A stretch of DNA of 55,735 nucleotides from positions 1 to 55,735 of IMG/VR virus record IMGVR_UViG_3300028790_000007. The stretch is one strand, 5' to 3'. The notes beneath the pieces were generated by a model, which saw only the letters and a program-made list of their open reading frames with translations, ran no database searches and was not told the origin of the DNA. This DNA is from a virus (taxonomy: Duplodnaviria; Caudoviricetes). The translations under genes were made by a program, and so were the position numbers. Position 1 is the first letter of the stretch; every line of letters begins with the position of its first letter. Positions 8,411 to 17,998 of this stretch are shown here, piece after piece.

Positions 8411-9856
8411 CTATCTCCCCCGGACGGGTGTCAGCGGCGGCGCCGCGTACCGCCGGGACAGCTCCACCAGGTCGCCGTCGGAGGCGTAGGCGAAGCGGGC
8501 CCGCACCGGCTCCGGGGAGTCCTCCAGCACCACGTAGCCGATGCCCGGCGAGGCGGTGGGGATGCGGTCGGTGACGGCGCCGCGGTCGCGGGCGCCCTTC
8601 CCCAGCACCATGTCGGCCATGCCCGGTTCGGCGGTGCGCAACGCAATCCGGCCGGGGAACAGGTCCCGCATGCCGACGGTCTCCTTCCGCACATCCTGGG
8701 AGGCGGCGACGACGGCGACACCGGGCGCCCGGCCCTGGGAGAGGAGGAGGGACAGGGCGTCGGCGGCCCGTTTCCGCAGGGCGGGGTCGGTGATGTAGGC
8801 GGTGAGGGCGGCCAGCTCGTCCACGACGACCACGGTCAGCGGATCGTCCGGGGTGGGGACATGGACCCGTAGCCCGGCGGCGCGGAGTCGGGCGGCCCGC
8901 AACTGCATGCCGCGCACCGCATCCTCCAGCAAGACGACCAGCGGTGTCTGCCACGCCTCATCGGCGGATGGCTCACCCCAGACGAGGCGGGTGAACAGGT
9001 CGGCGGCGGCGCCCAGCTCCATGCCGCCCTTCGGGTCGGCACCCCACACGCGCACGGCGCCGGTGTGGATGAGGGGGGCGATGCCGCCGAGGAGGGACCA
9101 CAGCACGGAGCCCTTCCCGGAGCCGGTCTCGCCTCCGATCAGCCAGTGGGTGGCTCCGCGGCCGGGCCGCCACAGCGGCAGCGTCAGCACATCCCCGTCC
9201 TCGCGGCGGCCGACGGGGATAGCGGCGAGATCCACGGCGGTCACGGCGGGGAGCGGTAGGGGGCGGCGCAGCGGGTCGGCGGTGATGCACCGCAGGATCA
9301 GTTCGCGGTCGCGGCGGCCGGTGGTGGGGCGGGTGTCGAGGAGTCCGAAGGTGGTGCGGAGGGCGGGGGCGGCCGCGGTCCAGTGTTCGATGGTTTGGCC
9401 GGGGGCGAGGCGGATCGTGAGCAGGTCCACGTCGGGACCGCTTCGGATAGAGCGGAGGACGGGCATGGTGGCGGGGCGGTCCTCGGCGGCGAGGCCGGTG
9501 CGGACCATGAGGGGCTCCCACCAGCGGCCGTAGACGGTGCGGCGGCGCCAGGCGGCGCGCAGCGGCCACCACACCCAGCGGCGGAACGAGGCGGGGTGCA
9601 GCAGCAGCCAGGCGGTCAGGGCGACAACGGTGAGGGCGTGCGGCCACGCCCCCCAGTAGTGCCACAGCAGGAGGTGGGCCGCGAGCGCCGCGAGTAGCCG
9701 CAGGTGACGTGCGCACCACACGGTGAGGGCGAGGGCCCGGCGGAGCAGCCACAGCAGCAGGAGGAGCTTCCAGCGGCGCGCGGCGGCGTCCACCGTGCGG
9801 GCCTCGCGGAGCGGGCCACGCAGCGGCGGCCCCATCGTCTTCCGCAGCACCCCCAC
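8411..9856 (-). CDS. FtsK/SpoIIIE-family DNA translocase (AICE/plasmid Tra-type)
   Basis: N-terminal TM segments; Walker A GETGSGKG; DPKGGMEL; Walker B VVVVDELAAL; QGRAPG; SQD.RK; RDLFPGRIALR. Confidence 0.9.
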   Translation of the reverse strand: MGVLRKTMGPPLRGPLREARTVDAAARRWKLLLLLWLLRRALALTVWCARHLRLLAALAAHLLLWHYWGAWPHALTVVALTAWLLLHPASFRRWVWWPLRAAWRRRTVYGRWWEPLMVRTGLAAEDRPATMPVLRSIRSGPDVDLLTIRLAPGQTIEHWTAAAPALRTTFGLLDTRPTTGRRDRELILRCITADPLRRPLPLPAVTAVDLAAIPVGRREDGDVLTLPLWRPGRGATHWLIGGETGSGKGSVLWSLLGGIAPLIHTGAVRVWGADPKGGMELGAAADLFTRLVWGEPSADEAWQTPLVVLLEDAVRGMQLRAARLRAAGLRVHVPTPDDPLTVVVVDELAALTAYITDPALRKRAADALSLLLSQGRAPGVAVVAASQDVRKETVGMRDLFPGRIALRTAEPGMADMVLGKGARDRGAVTDRIPTASPGIGYVVLEDSPEPVRARFAYASDGDLVELSRRYAAPPLTPVRGR

Positions 9857-9878
9857 AGGGGGGACAGTAGCGGGGGGT

Positions 9879-11366
9879 TCAGCTCCGGGGGCGGGTGAGG
9901 CGCTGCAACGAGGACCGGGCGGCGGAGGCGAGAACGGGACGCAGGGCCCGGTTGATGGCGGCTTCGACGGCGGCGGCGTCGGTGCCGCCGTGCCGGGCGC
10001 GGCGGGCCAGCGGCGCCGATCCGGCGGCGACGAGGGCGCGCGCTCCGGAGGCGGCGATGTGGGCCTTGGCGCCGATGTTGAAGCCTGGGGTGTTGACGGA
10101 GAGGGCGGCGACGAGCCGCACGTTGCGGTCACCGGGGTTGGCCCGCCAGTCCCCGGAGAGGGGATGGGAGGCGAAGTCCTCGATCTGCGCGCGGGTCAGC
10201 ATCGGGGAGAACGCCCCGGCGAACCAGACGCCGAAGTCGTCCTCCCCGGCGCGGCACTTCACGTAGGCGGTGCCCGCGTTGTCGTAGTGGGCGAGGGCGG
10301 GCGCCACCCCGGCGTTCATGTTCATCAGGTGCCCACCGCCGAAGGTGAGGAGGCCGCAGGACAGCTCCTCTCCTTCCTCGGTCATGACGGCGCCCTGCGA
10401 CAGGAACGTGCGGTACCCGGCGTCGCCGAGGCGCGGCGCCTCCACGTAGCGGTCCTGTACCCCGGAGTGCGGCACCCCCCATTCGGCGATGTAGCCCCAC
10501 ACCTGCCCGGTGGGGGTGCCGTCGGGGCGGCGGCCGACGTACACATGCCGGGACGGGTTGAGCTGCTCCACCCGCTCGAACCAGGCGCGGGGCGGGGCGA
10601 CGGGGGAGATGCCGGTGGGCTCCTGCGGGACGGGGGAGGAGGCGATGAGGGTGAGGGCGCGGGCCGACTCGACCGGCGGCAGCTCCTCGTCGGTGAGGGG
10701 CTCCTCCTCCGCCAGTTCGATGTAGGCGCCGGGGAACGCGGCGAACGGGCAGATGGTGGCCTGGCCGATGGAGCCCTGCGTGATCCGCATCCGCACCTTC
10801 TCGGGGAAGCCGTCCTCGTCCTCCTCCAGGACTTCGATGTCGGCTTCGACCTCGCCCATGTCCACGGACACGCCGCGCAGCGATTTGCTGCGCACGTAGT
10901 CGAGGGTGGCCTGCGAGCCGGGCTGGTCGGCGTTGGGGATCAGCCAGCCCTCCGCGGACCACGCCCACACGCCGTCCCCGAACGGCTGCCCGGTTTCCCG
11001 GTTGATGACGGCGGAGGCGTCGTACCGTTCCATGCGGTCGATGCGCCCGGCGACGAGGGCGGCGTCATGTCCCCAGCCGCCGTCCGGGTTGCGGACCATC
11101 GCCATGAGGGACTGCGGCAGGTCGCGGCGGCCGAGAGAGCCTGCCTCGATGAGGCGGCCGTCGGAGGTCTCCCAGCCCTCCAGCACGAAGATGGGCATGC
11201 GCCACCGCACCCCGCCCTCCGGGTCGGGCAGGTCCGTGTCGTCCAGGGGGGTGCGTTCGGCGGGCGGCGGGGCCTGCGGCTCCTCCTCCACGACGGGGGC
11301 GGTGGCGATGAGCGCCAGAAGGTTGCCGTCGTCGGCCCAGCGGGCGTACAGGGTGGGTCGCTTCAC
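9879..11366 (-). CDS. Capsid maturation protease (cluster B-like)
   Basis: EG.ETSDGR, GHD.A...GRIDR, ATICPFAAF, GQVWGYIAEWG..H, SGDWR, L.VN.PGF motifs; GAGGAG RBS; located between portal and capsid. Confidence 0.75.
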   Translation of the reverse strand: MKRPTLYARWADDGNLLALIATAPVVEEEPQAPPPAERTPLDDTDLPDPEGGVRWRMPIFVLEGWETSDGRLIEAGSLGRRDLPQSLMAMVRNPDGGWGHDAALVAGRIDRMERYDASAVINRETGQPFGDGVWAWSAEGWLIPNADQPGSQATLDYVRSKSLRGVSVDMGEVEADIEVLEEDEDGFPEKVRMRITQGSIGQATICPFAAFPGAYIELAEEEPLTDEELPPVESARALTLIASSPVPQEPTGISPVAPPRAWFERVEQLNPSRHVYVGRRPDGTPTGQVWGYIAEWGVPHSGVQDRYVEAPRLGDAGYRTFLSQGAVMTEEGEELSCGLLTFGGGHLMNMNAGVAPALAHYDNAGTAYVKCRAGEDDFGVWFAGAFSPMLTRAQIEDFASHPLSGDWRANPGDRNVRLVAALSVNTPGFNIGAKAHIAASGARALVAAGSAPLARRARHGGTDAAAVEAAINRALRPVLASAARSSLQRLTRPRS

Positions 11367-11382
11367 GGGTGTCTCCTCGGTG

Positions 11383-14300
11383 TCACACGTCGGGGATGCG
11401 GTTGATGAGGGCCTTGAGGGCGTTGAGCCGTCGGCGGGCGGTGGCCTTCTGCTCCCGGTCCATGTAGTTGGAGTAGGCCAGCTCGTCCTCGTAGATGCTG
11501 GCGCGGTCCTGGAGGGTCCGGCGGGCGGTGTGGGCGTCGCTGATGTAGATCTCGCCGTCGCGGATGCCCAGGCCGTGCGCCTCCCCCGAGTCCTCCATGA
11601 CCTCCATGGAGTAGCGCACCTCATCGAGGATCTCGGGGGTGGGTTTGCGGCCGCCCACGCGGGTCAGTTCCCGCTCCGGCGCCGCGGGCACGCCGGGGGC
11701 GGGCGGCGGGGGCTGCTCGCGGGCCCGTTTCGCAGCGGACGCCTCGCAGCGGCGGCAGGTGGCTTTGACGGGGTCGTCGCCGGGCCCGATGTAGGTGTTA
11801 CGCGGGGTCTCCGAGTTGCACAGCGATCTCCAGGCGTGGTGGTTGTCCTCGTCAATCTCCACGAAGTGGGTTTTCTCGCCGGTGATGGTGCGGGTGACGA
11901 GAAGCGGGATGCGCTGGCCGAGGAGGTCGGCCCGGTCGCGGGCCTCATCGATGCGGGTCAGTTCGATCACCCGGTTCGCGGCTCTCACCTGGTCGAAGGT
12001 GCCCGCGGTGGCGGTGGCGGCGGTCTGTTCGGCGGCGCGCCGTTCCAGGGCGGAGCGGGTCCGCGCGGAGTCCTCGGCGAGGGCGGTGGGCGGGGCGACG
12101 GGTTCGGCGGCGACGGGGCGCCTCAGGTCGGGCATCCGGTTGTCGTGGGAACTGATCCGCGGGTCCACGGTGGCGGTCCAGCCGGGAACGAGCTGGTCGG
12201 GCTTCTGCTCCCGGTAGGCGGCGCGGCCCAGCTCGTCCAGTTCGGCGCGGGCGCGGGCGCCGTCGGAGTAGATGGGCATGTAGTCGCAGTGGCAGCCCTT
12301 GTGGTCGCCGGGCGCCATGCTGCGGCCGATCCAGTTGGCCTCCGTGGGGGTGGCGAGCACCGGGTCATCCCAGGAGGTGAATACCTGGCCGTCGAGGTCG
12401 CGGTGCGGCTTGAAGGGGCGGGAGGAGATGCCGTACGCCCACTCATTCTCGTGGGCGACCACGTTGCGGTCGGCGAGGAACGTCTGGAGGAGGCGACCGG
12501 AGGTGAGGCCGGACAGCGGGGGGAGGCCGGTGGCGTCGGAGGCGAGACCTCCGGCGACGGCGAGGGCGGAGCGCAGCACACCGGGAGGGACGCGGGTCGC
12601 GGGCACCTCACCGCGGTCGGGCAGGCTCAGGTCGGGTTCGTAGAGGGCGCCCTCCGCGACGGTCAGCAGCTCCCCTTCGAGGGCGGGCCAGGACAGCTCC
12701 ACGGCGTCGGCGAAGGTGTCGCGGAGGGAGGCGACGGCCCGCATCACGGTCGGGTCGTCGCGGCGCAGCCCGGTCAGTTCGGCGGCCGTGTCCATTGCCT
12801 CCTCGGCGGCGGCCAGCGTCCACTCGGTGTACTGGCCGCGGAACCGTTCGAATGCCTCCGCGAGTAGCTCCTGCTCCTCGGCGCCGAGGGCGGCGACGAG
12901 GGTGCGGCCCATGACGGCGGCCACCCGTTCACCGGGCACCCCGGCGGAGGCGGTGCGGGCCTCCGGGTTGCCGTTGGCTTTGGAGCGGAGCCGGTTCCCA
13001 GCCCGTTCGAGGGCCCGGTTGAGGGCGGCGTCGGCGGCGGTGGTGAGGCGTTCCCGGAGCTGCCGATCAATGTCGAGGAGGCGGCGGGATAGGCGGCGGG
13101 ACCGGTCGGTGACGGGGGCGGGCGGGTCGGGGGCGGCGGCGGTGATCGCGGGCTGCTCGTTGCCGACGGTGCCGGGCGGCCCGGCGGGGGTGGCGCCGGG
13201 CACGATGCCGGTGTGCGGCAGGTCGAGGCCGAGGGCGGCGCCGACGCTGTCCGGTTCGTATCCGGCGCGCAGCAGGTTCCCGGCGATCACCGCCACCTGG
13301 GCGAGGAGGGCGGCGGACATGCCGGTGGTGCCGATGGCCTCGTCGGGGGCGGCCTGCGCCTCCTCGGGGGCGTCGGACTCGTCGAAGCCGAGGATGCGGC
13401 GGTGGGCTTTGCCGGAGATGGTGCCGCGGTCGTAGGCGTTGTTGGCGGCTTCCCGCTGGTCGGGGGGGGTGACGAGGGAGGCGGCGTCGTAGCCGATGAC
13501 GACGCGCTCGATCTGCTCGGTGGTCCAGGATGCGACACCCAGGTCCACGGCTGTCTGCAGCCGGGACCGCATGTAAGCGAGGGTGAGGGCCTCGCAGCCG
13601 TTGATGGTGATGGGCTCCTGGTGGTGCTTGAAGGTGTCGGAGTCCACCTGCCACACGTTCCAGTGGTTCACGTCGGCGTAGCCGGTGATGACCTCGGGGG
13701 GCACGTCGAGGCCGATGCCGAGGCGGGCCAGCAGCCGGGTTTCGAGGGCGGCCAGCTTCTCGTCCATCGGCCGGTCGACGGTGAGGTGCCGGATTTTGTC
13801 GAGGTATTCGGCGGGGCCGCGGAGGACACCGGGGACGACGGAGGCGGCGGAGCCGTCCTGGGAGAGGGGGGTGATGAGCTGGGTGGTGAGGTCGGCCTGG
13901 AACTCGTCGGCTTCCTCGTCGGCCTCGTCGTCGGTGTTGGGCGGGGGGGACAGCTCGTCGGGGACGAGCATGAAGCCGTTTCCGGCGGCGCGGGACCGCA
14001 GGGCGGCGTCGGTGGCGCGCTCGATCAGCAGCAGCCGTTCGCAGACTCCGGCGAGGGATCGCATCGGGGAGGACGGTTCCGCTGACCATTGGGTGTCGGC
14101 GGTCCACATGCGGTGCACGGTGGTGTAGGCCGGGTCGAGGTCTTGGGCCTCGGAGTCCTTGCCCTCCCCGGTGACCAGCCGGTAGTAGCCGGGCGGCCCG
14201 TCCGGGTCCATGGTGGGCAGGCGGCCGTCCTGGAATCTGACTTCGGACTTGGAGTAGATGCCCCACGATTCGCGGTCGCTGTCCGGGTCGTAGGTGCCGA

Positions 14301-14799
14301 CCAGCCACGCCTCCCCGGCGAGCTCGAAGTTGGCGACGAGGGGGGCGAGGATCGCGGACCCACCGCCGGAGGGGGCGGAGCCAGTGAGGACAGCGAGGGC
14401 ATCGCGGGCGGCCTCCACGAGGTCCTCGGGGAGGGCGTCGGGGTCGCGGGTGACGGTGGTGCCGTCCTCGGAGCGGATCAGGCCGTAGTCCTCGTCCAGC
14501 TCCACCACCTGGTCGGCGCCGCGGGGCCGGTCGGCGGCGGTGAGGCGGATGTGCGCCGAGTTGTGGGCGAGGAAGCGGATGACGTAGCCGACCTCCGGGA
14601 GGGCCCGCTCGTACACGAAGGCGGCGTCCTGCCAGGCGCGGGTGCGGCTGCCCTTGGCGATCTTGGCGCCCAGTTCGGGGGTGATCTGGCGGGCGGCGGC
14701 GGTGAGGGTTTTGGTGCGGGCGAACACGGCCGCCGTCAGTGTCGGGGGGGCCTCGGGGGCGGGCGGGCGGAACAGGTCGAGGAGCTTGGGTCGGGCCAC
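11383..14799 (-). CDS. Portal protein fused to MuF-like domain and extra C-terminal domain
   Basis: 1138 aa; portal motifs (WQ..A, PEV.Y, GEAWLV, SPMRS, RLGIGLDVPPEV.TG....NHW); MuF-like FKPHRDLDG..PGDHKGCHC. Confidence 0.8.
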   Translation of the reverse strand: MARPKLLDLFRPPAPEAPPTLTAAVFARTKTLTAAARQITPELGAKIAKGSRTRAWQDAAFVYERALPEVGYVIRFLAHNSAHIRLTAADRPRGADQVVELDEDYGLIRSEDGTTVTRDPDALPEDLVEAARDALAVLTGSAPSGGGSAILAPLVANFELAGEAWLVGTYDPDSDRESWGIYSKSEVRFQDGRLPTMDPDGPPGYYRLVTGEGKDSEAQDLDPAYTTVHRMWTADTQWSAEPSSPMRSLAGVCERLLLIERATDAALRSRAAGNGFMLVPDELSPPPNTDDEADEEADEFQADLTTQLITPLSQDGSAASVVPGVLRGPAEYLDKIRHLTVDRPMDEKLAALETRLLARLGIGLDVPPEVITGYADVNHWNVWQVDSDTFKHHQEPITINGCEALTLAYMRSRLQTAVDLGVASWTTEQIERVVIGYDAASLVTPPDQREAANNAYDRGTISGKAHRRILGFDESDAPEEAQAAPDEAIGTTGMSAALLAQVAVIAGNLLRAGYEPDSVGAALGLDLPHTGIVPGATPAGPPGTVGNEQPAITAAAPDPPAPVTDRSRRLSRRLLDIDRQLRERLTTAADAALNRALERAGNRLRSKANGNPEARTASAGVPGERVAAVMGRTLVAALGAEEQELLAEAFERFRGQYTEWTLAAAEEAMDTAAELTGLRRDDPTVMRAVASLRDTFADAVELSWPALEGELLTVAEGALYEPDLSLPDRGEVPATRVPPGVLRSALAVAGGLASDATGLPPLSGLTSGRLLQTFLADRNVVAHENEWAYGISSRPFKPHRDLDGQVFTSWDDPVLATPTEANWIGRSMAPGDHKGCHCDYMPIYSDGARARAELDELGRAAYREQKPDQLVPGWTATVDPRISSHDNRMPDLRRPVAAEPVAPPTALAEDSARTRSALERRAAEQTAATATAGTFDQVRAANRVIELTRIDEARDRADLLGQRIPLLVTRTITGEKTHFVEIDEDNHHAWRSLCNSETPRNTYIGPGDDPVKATCRRCEASAAKRAREQPPPPAPGVPAAPERELTRVGGRKPTPEILDEVRYSMEVMEDSGEAHGLGIRDGEIYISDAHTARRTLQDRASIYEDELAYSNYMDREQKATARRRLNALKALINRIPDV

Positions 14800-14802
14800 G
14801 GG

Positions 14803-15102
14803 TCACTCCGCCGATGCGAGGAGGCCGGTCACGGATGACCAGGCGAGGGCGGCTCCGGCGGCCGCTGCGACGGTCGGGGCGGCGACGGTGAGGGCGGCCC
14901 ATCCGGCGCCAGCCCACATGGACACGCACCAGGGGCAGGTGACGAAGTAGGCCAGGCGGCCCTCCGGGTCGGTCTGCTCCACCCGCTCCCGCCACGGCCG
15001 GGTCACCTCGTCGGTGGTGATGAGCCGGGTGATGCGGTGGGTGGCGAGGGCGCCGAGGACGAGGACTGCCGGGTCGCGGAGCGAGGACAGCCGGGCACCC
15101 AT
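14803..15102 (-). CDS. DUF1360-like membrane protein
   Basis: LATHRITRL.T.D....R...FVTCPWCVSMW; hydrophobic helices. Confidence 0.65.
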   Translation of the reverse strand: MGARLSSLRDPAVLVLGALATHRITRLITTDEVTRPWRERVEQTDPEGRLAYFVTCPWCVSMWAGAGWAALTVAAPTVAAAAGAALAWSSVTGLLASAE

Positions 15103-15127
15103 AGGTGGGGACGCTACCGGCGGACGG

Positions 15128-15529
15128 TCAGGAGGCGCGGTGGGTTGCGGGCCGCCCGGCGGTGCGGGGGAGGGGAACGGGCTGGGATGGGTGGCGGGCG
15201 GCGCGTAGGGGGGCGGTGTCCACGCAGGTGCAGCGGACGAGGGCGTGGAGGCGGCGGACCTCCTGCCGTAGCCAGTCCACCTCGGCGCGGAGGGCGGTGA
15301 CGCGCCCTTCCTCCTCCTCCCGTTCGATGCGGCGGCGTTCCGCGCGCAGGGCGGCCTCGTGGCGGAGCTGCCGGACCTCGCGGTCACCCCACCACTTGGC
15401 GACCTTCGTGGCGGGTCCGACGAGGCCGGTGACGCGCTCCACGACGACACCGACGGCGCCGAGGGCGAGGAGGCCGGACGCCAGCCACGGCACGCTCGTC
15501 GCGTACTCCATCAGGTCGGCCTCGGTCAC
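15128..15529 (-). CDS. Membrane protein with coiled coil (holin-like candidate)
   Basis: N-terminal TM helix followed by a charged heptad region. Confidence 0.45.
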   Translation of the reverse strand: MTEADLMEYATSVPWLASGLLALGAVGVVVERVTGLVGPATKVAKWWGDREVRQLRHEAALRAERRRIEREEEEGRVTALRAEVDWLRQEVRRLHALVRCTCVDTAPLRAARHPSQPVPLPRTAGRPATHRAS

Positions 15530-15615
15530 CGGATGACGCTATCCGGCCGGACCTGTTCCGCCGGGGCGGACAGTCGGGCAACAGTCGCCAGGGTTCCGCT
15601 GTCCGGTAGGCAGGT

Positions 15616-15945
15616 TCAGCCGGTGCCCTTGCGGTAGGGCCGCCACGGTGTCCAGCCCTTCAGCCGGTTGCCGCAGCCGCAGCCGCGCTGCCCCTCCACG
15701 ATGAGGGAGGAGCCGTCACCGAGGACGAGGGCGGTGGGGCGGCTGCGGGGGGCGTTGAGCGGGGGCACCTCGGAGGCGGCCGCGTCGTAGGCGAACGCGG
15801 CGGCGGGGGTACCGGGTGTGGTCCACACGTAGACGCGGGAGCGGGTGATGACGGCGCGGGCGGAGCGAAGAGTGGAGGGGCCGAAGCGGACGACGGCGGG
15901 GAACACGTCGCGGATCACGACGGCGTCCGGCTCGGGCCAGTCCAT
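15616..15945 (-). CDS. Hypothetical protein (GCGCG motif)
   Basis: DVFPA...RGCGCGNRLK; start overlaps the upstream stop. Confidence 0.55.
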   Translation of the reverse strand: MDWPEPDAVVIRDVFPAVVRFGPSTLRSARAVITRSRVYVWTTPGTPAAAFAYDAAASEVPPLNAPRSRPTALVLGDGSSLIVEGQRGCGCGNRLKGWTPWRPYRKGTG

Positions 15946-17919
15946 CAGCGCACCGTACCGGCGGACGCCTCGGCGGCCTCTGCGATGGTGGGCTCGGGCA
16001 GCACCTCCCACACGTCCACGGTGGCGCCGAGGTCCTGCCAGCGGGTGATGCAGCGGTCGAGGCCGGGGCGGGTCTTCGCGGAGGCGTTGCCGATGAAGTG
16101 GCGGAGGCCGGGGCCGAGGGGGATGAAGGCGACAGCGCGCCACGGCCGGGCGCTCATCTGTCCTCCTGAGCGCGTCTCTGTAGTCGGCGGAGCCTGGCCT
16201 GGCCCTCTGCCCTCCGGGCGTCGTCTGCGGCGCGCTCAGCGGGCGACAGGGCCGCCAGGCGGGCCTGCTCCTGCTGCGCGGCGAGGTCCGCGAGGGTATC
16301 TACGGCGGACAGCTCCTCCGCGGTGAGGGGGGCCCGGCCGCAGACGCGGATGCCGCCGGGGGTCACCTGCACGCTCCTCACAGCTCCGGCACCTCCTCCA
16401 GGGGGATGGAGTCCGCGCGGTGCTCGGCGTGGCTGGGGCACAGACGCAGCCAGCGGCCCGTCTGGCCGAGGGGGGCGGCCTCGGTGGCGGTAGCGAGGCA
16501 GTCCCCGGCGGGGTTGGTCTTGGACGGCTCCACCGCCGGGTACTGGCACAGGGGGCAGGTCACCGGTGCCCCCGGTCTCCGCGGCAGCGGCGGTACAGGA
16601 GCTGTGGGGACAGCTCCTCTTCGCAGCGGTAGCAGCCGGGCGCCAGGCTCATCATGTTCTCAGCATCCAGCATGGGGGTGACGGGCTGCCCGGTGGCGAG
16701 GGCGCGGGCAGTGTCCTCGGTGATGGCGTAGGCGACGGCCACCATCCACACGTGCTCGCCGAGGCGCTCCGCCCGGTCCATCCGCTCATCGAGGGCGCGG
16801 TGGGCGGCGGCGATCTGGGTGGGGCCGACGTGGCGGCCGTCTGTGGCGGTCACGCTGTCACCTCCGCCGGGTAGCGCCAGATGTAGTCGTCTCCGGTCCA
16901 CTCGATCTCGATGCGGTGCCGTCCGGGGCGCAGGTCCGTCGCCTCCATCTCCCGCTCCCCGCCCACGTCAGGCTCATCAACCCAGCCGCTGTCCTGCCAG
17001 CCGACGGCGTCCAGCCAGGTCATCTCCCGGCAGGACGACTGCCCGATCTTCGGGTCCGGCGCCCACTGGTGGATGTCGTCCGGTACGCGGTCCGCGGGCA
17101 CCCGGTTGGGCCACAGCACGATGTCGCGGGCCAGGCAGGACTCCTCGCAGCCCTCGGCGCACCACTGGCGGCAGCCGTCCTCGTCGCGCCCGGCGCAGAC
17201 GAAGCGGACGGAGGCGTAGCCGTCGGCCAGTATGTCGGCATCGGCGTAGTGCTCGGCGGTCACGGCTGCTGCCCGATCTTGCCGGGGCGGGGGAGGCGGA
17301 CGGCGGGGCGCATCCGTGTCGGGGCGTCCTGCACCGCCAGGTCCTCCGTCGGCGGTCCGAGGAGGGCGGGCTGCACTCGGGGGGCGGCGGGGGCTGTCAG
17401 GGGCTCCTGCGGGCTCTCGTGAGGCTCGCGGTGGCGTGCGGCGCGGCGCTCCTCCGCGCCCTCGGCGTGGGCCTTGCGGTGCGCGAACAGCTCGCGGCGG
17501 CAGGTGATGGCCTCGGAGCGGGCGAGGACAGCCACCCACAGGGCGGCGGCGGCTATCCCGAGGGCGAGAGCGGCGACGATGACGGCGGCGATCATGCGGG
17601 TACCTCCAGGTCGGCGTGGATGGGCGGTTCGGGCGGGTCGGTGAACGGGCGGTGGCGGAGGCCGGTGGGCTCCCCGGCGAGCTTGCGGAGCTGCCGCCGT
17701 CGGGCGGAGGCGGAGGCGGCGGCGTGCTGCGTCTCCTGCTCCTGGTCGATGACGGCCCGGTAGAGCTGCATGCCGAGCCAGCGCAGCTCCGCCGGGTCGG
17801 ACAGGACGATGCGCTCACCGTCGGCGGGGCGGGTGAGGACGAGGCGCCCCCGGTCCACCGTCACCAGCCAGCCGAAGCCGGAGGCGTCGGTGAGGGTGCG
17901 GGTCTGCGGGAGCGCCATG
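15945..17919 (-). other. Run of about 7 small overlapping hypothetical genes
   Basis: ORFs 15945-16157, 16154-16381, 16378-16563, 16560-16853, 16850-17263, 17260-17595, 17592-17919, mostly joined by ATGA/GTGA overlaps; several Cys-rich, one membrane-anchored. Confidence 0.55.
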
Positions 17920-17934
17920 CCGGTGATCCTTCCA

Positions 17935-17982
17935 GGAAAAGGCGCCGCCCCCAGGCTGTGGAGAAACCTGGGGGCGGCGCCA
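17935..17982 (-). terminator. Intrinsic terminator
   Basis: 15-bp stem ggcgccgcccccagg / cctgggggcggcgcc followed by TTTT on the minus strand. Confidence 0.8.
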
Positions 17983-17998
17983 TCGGTGGGGAGGGGGG

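Noticed and set aside
3024-12867. Long plus-strand ORFs (e.g. 3024-5285, 9723-11405, 10906-12867; also 36994-39249 and 49397-50887)
   Set aside because: Antisense shadows of real minus-strand genes in very high-GC DNA; low-complexity translations with no motifs.
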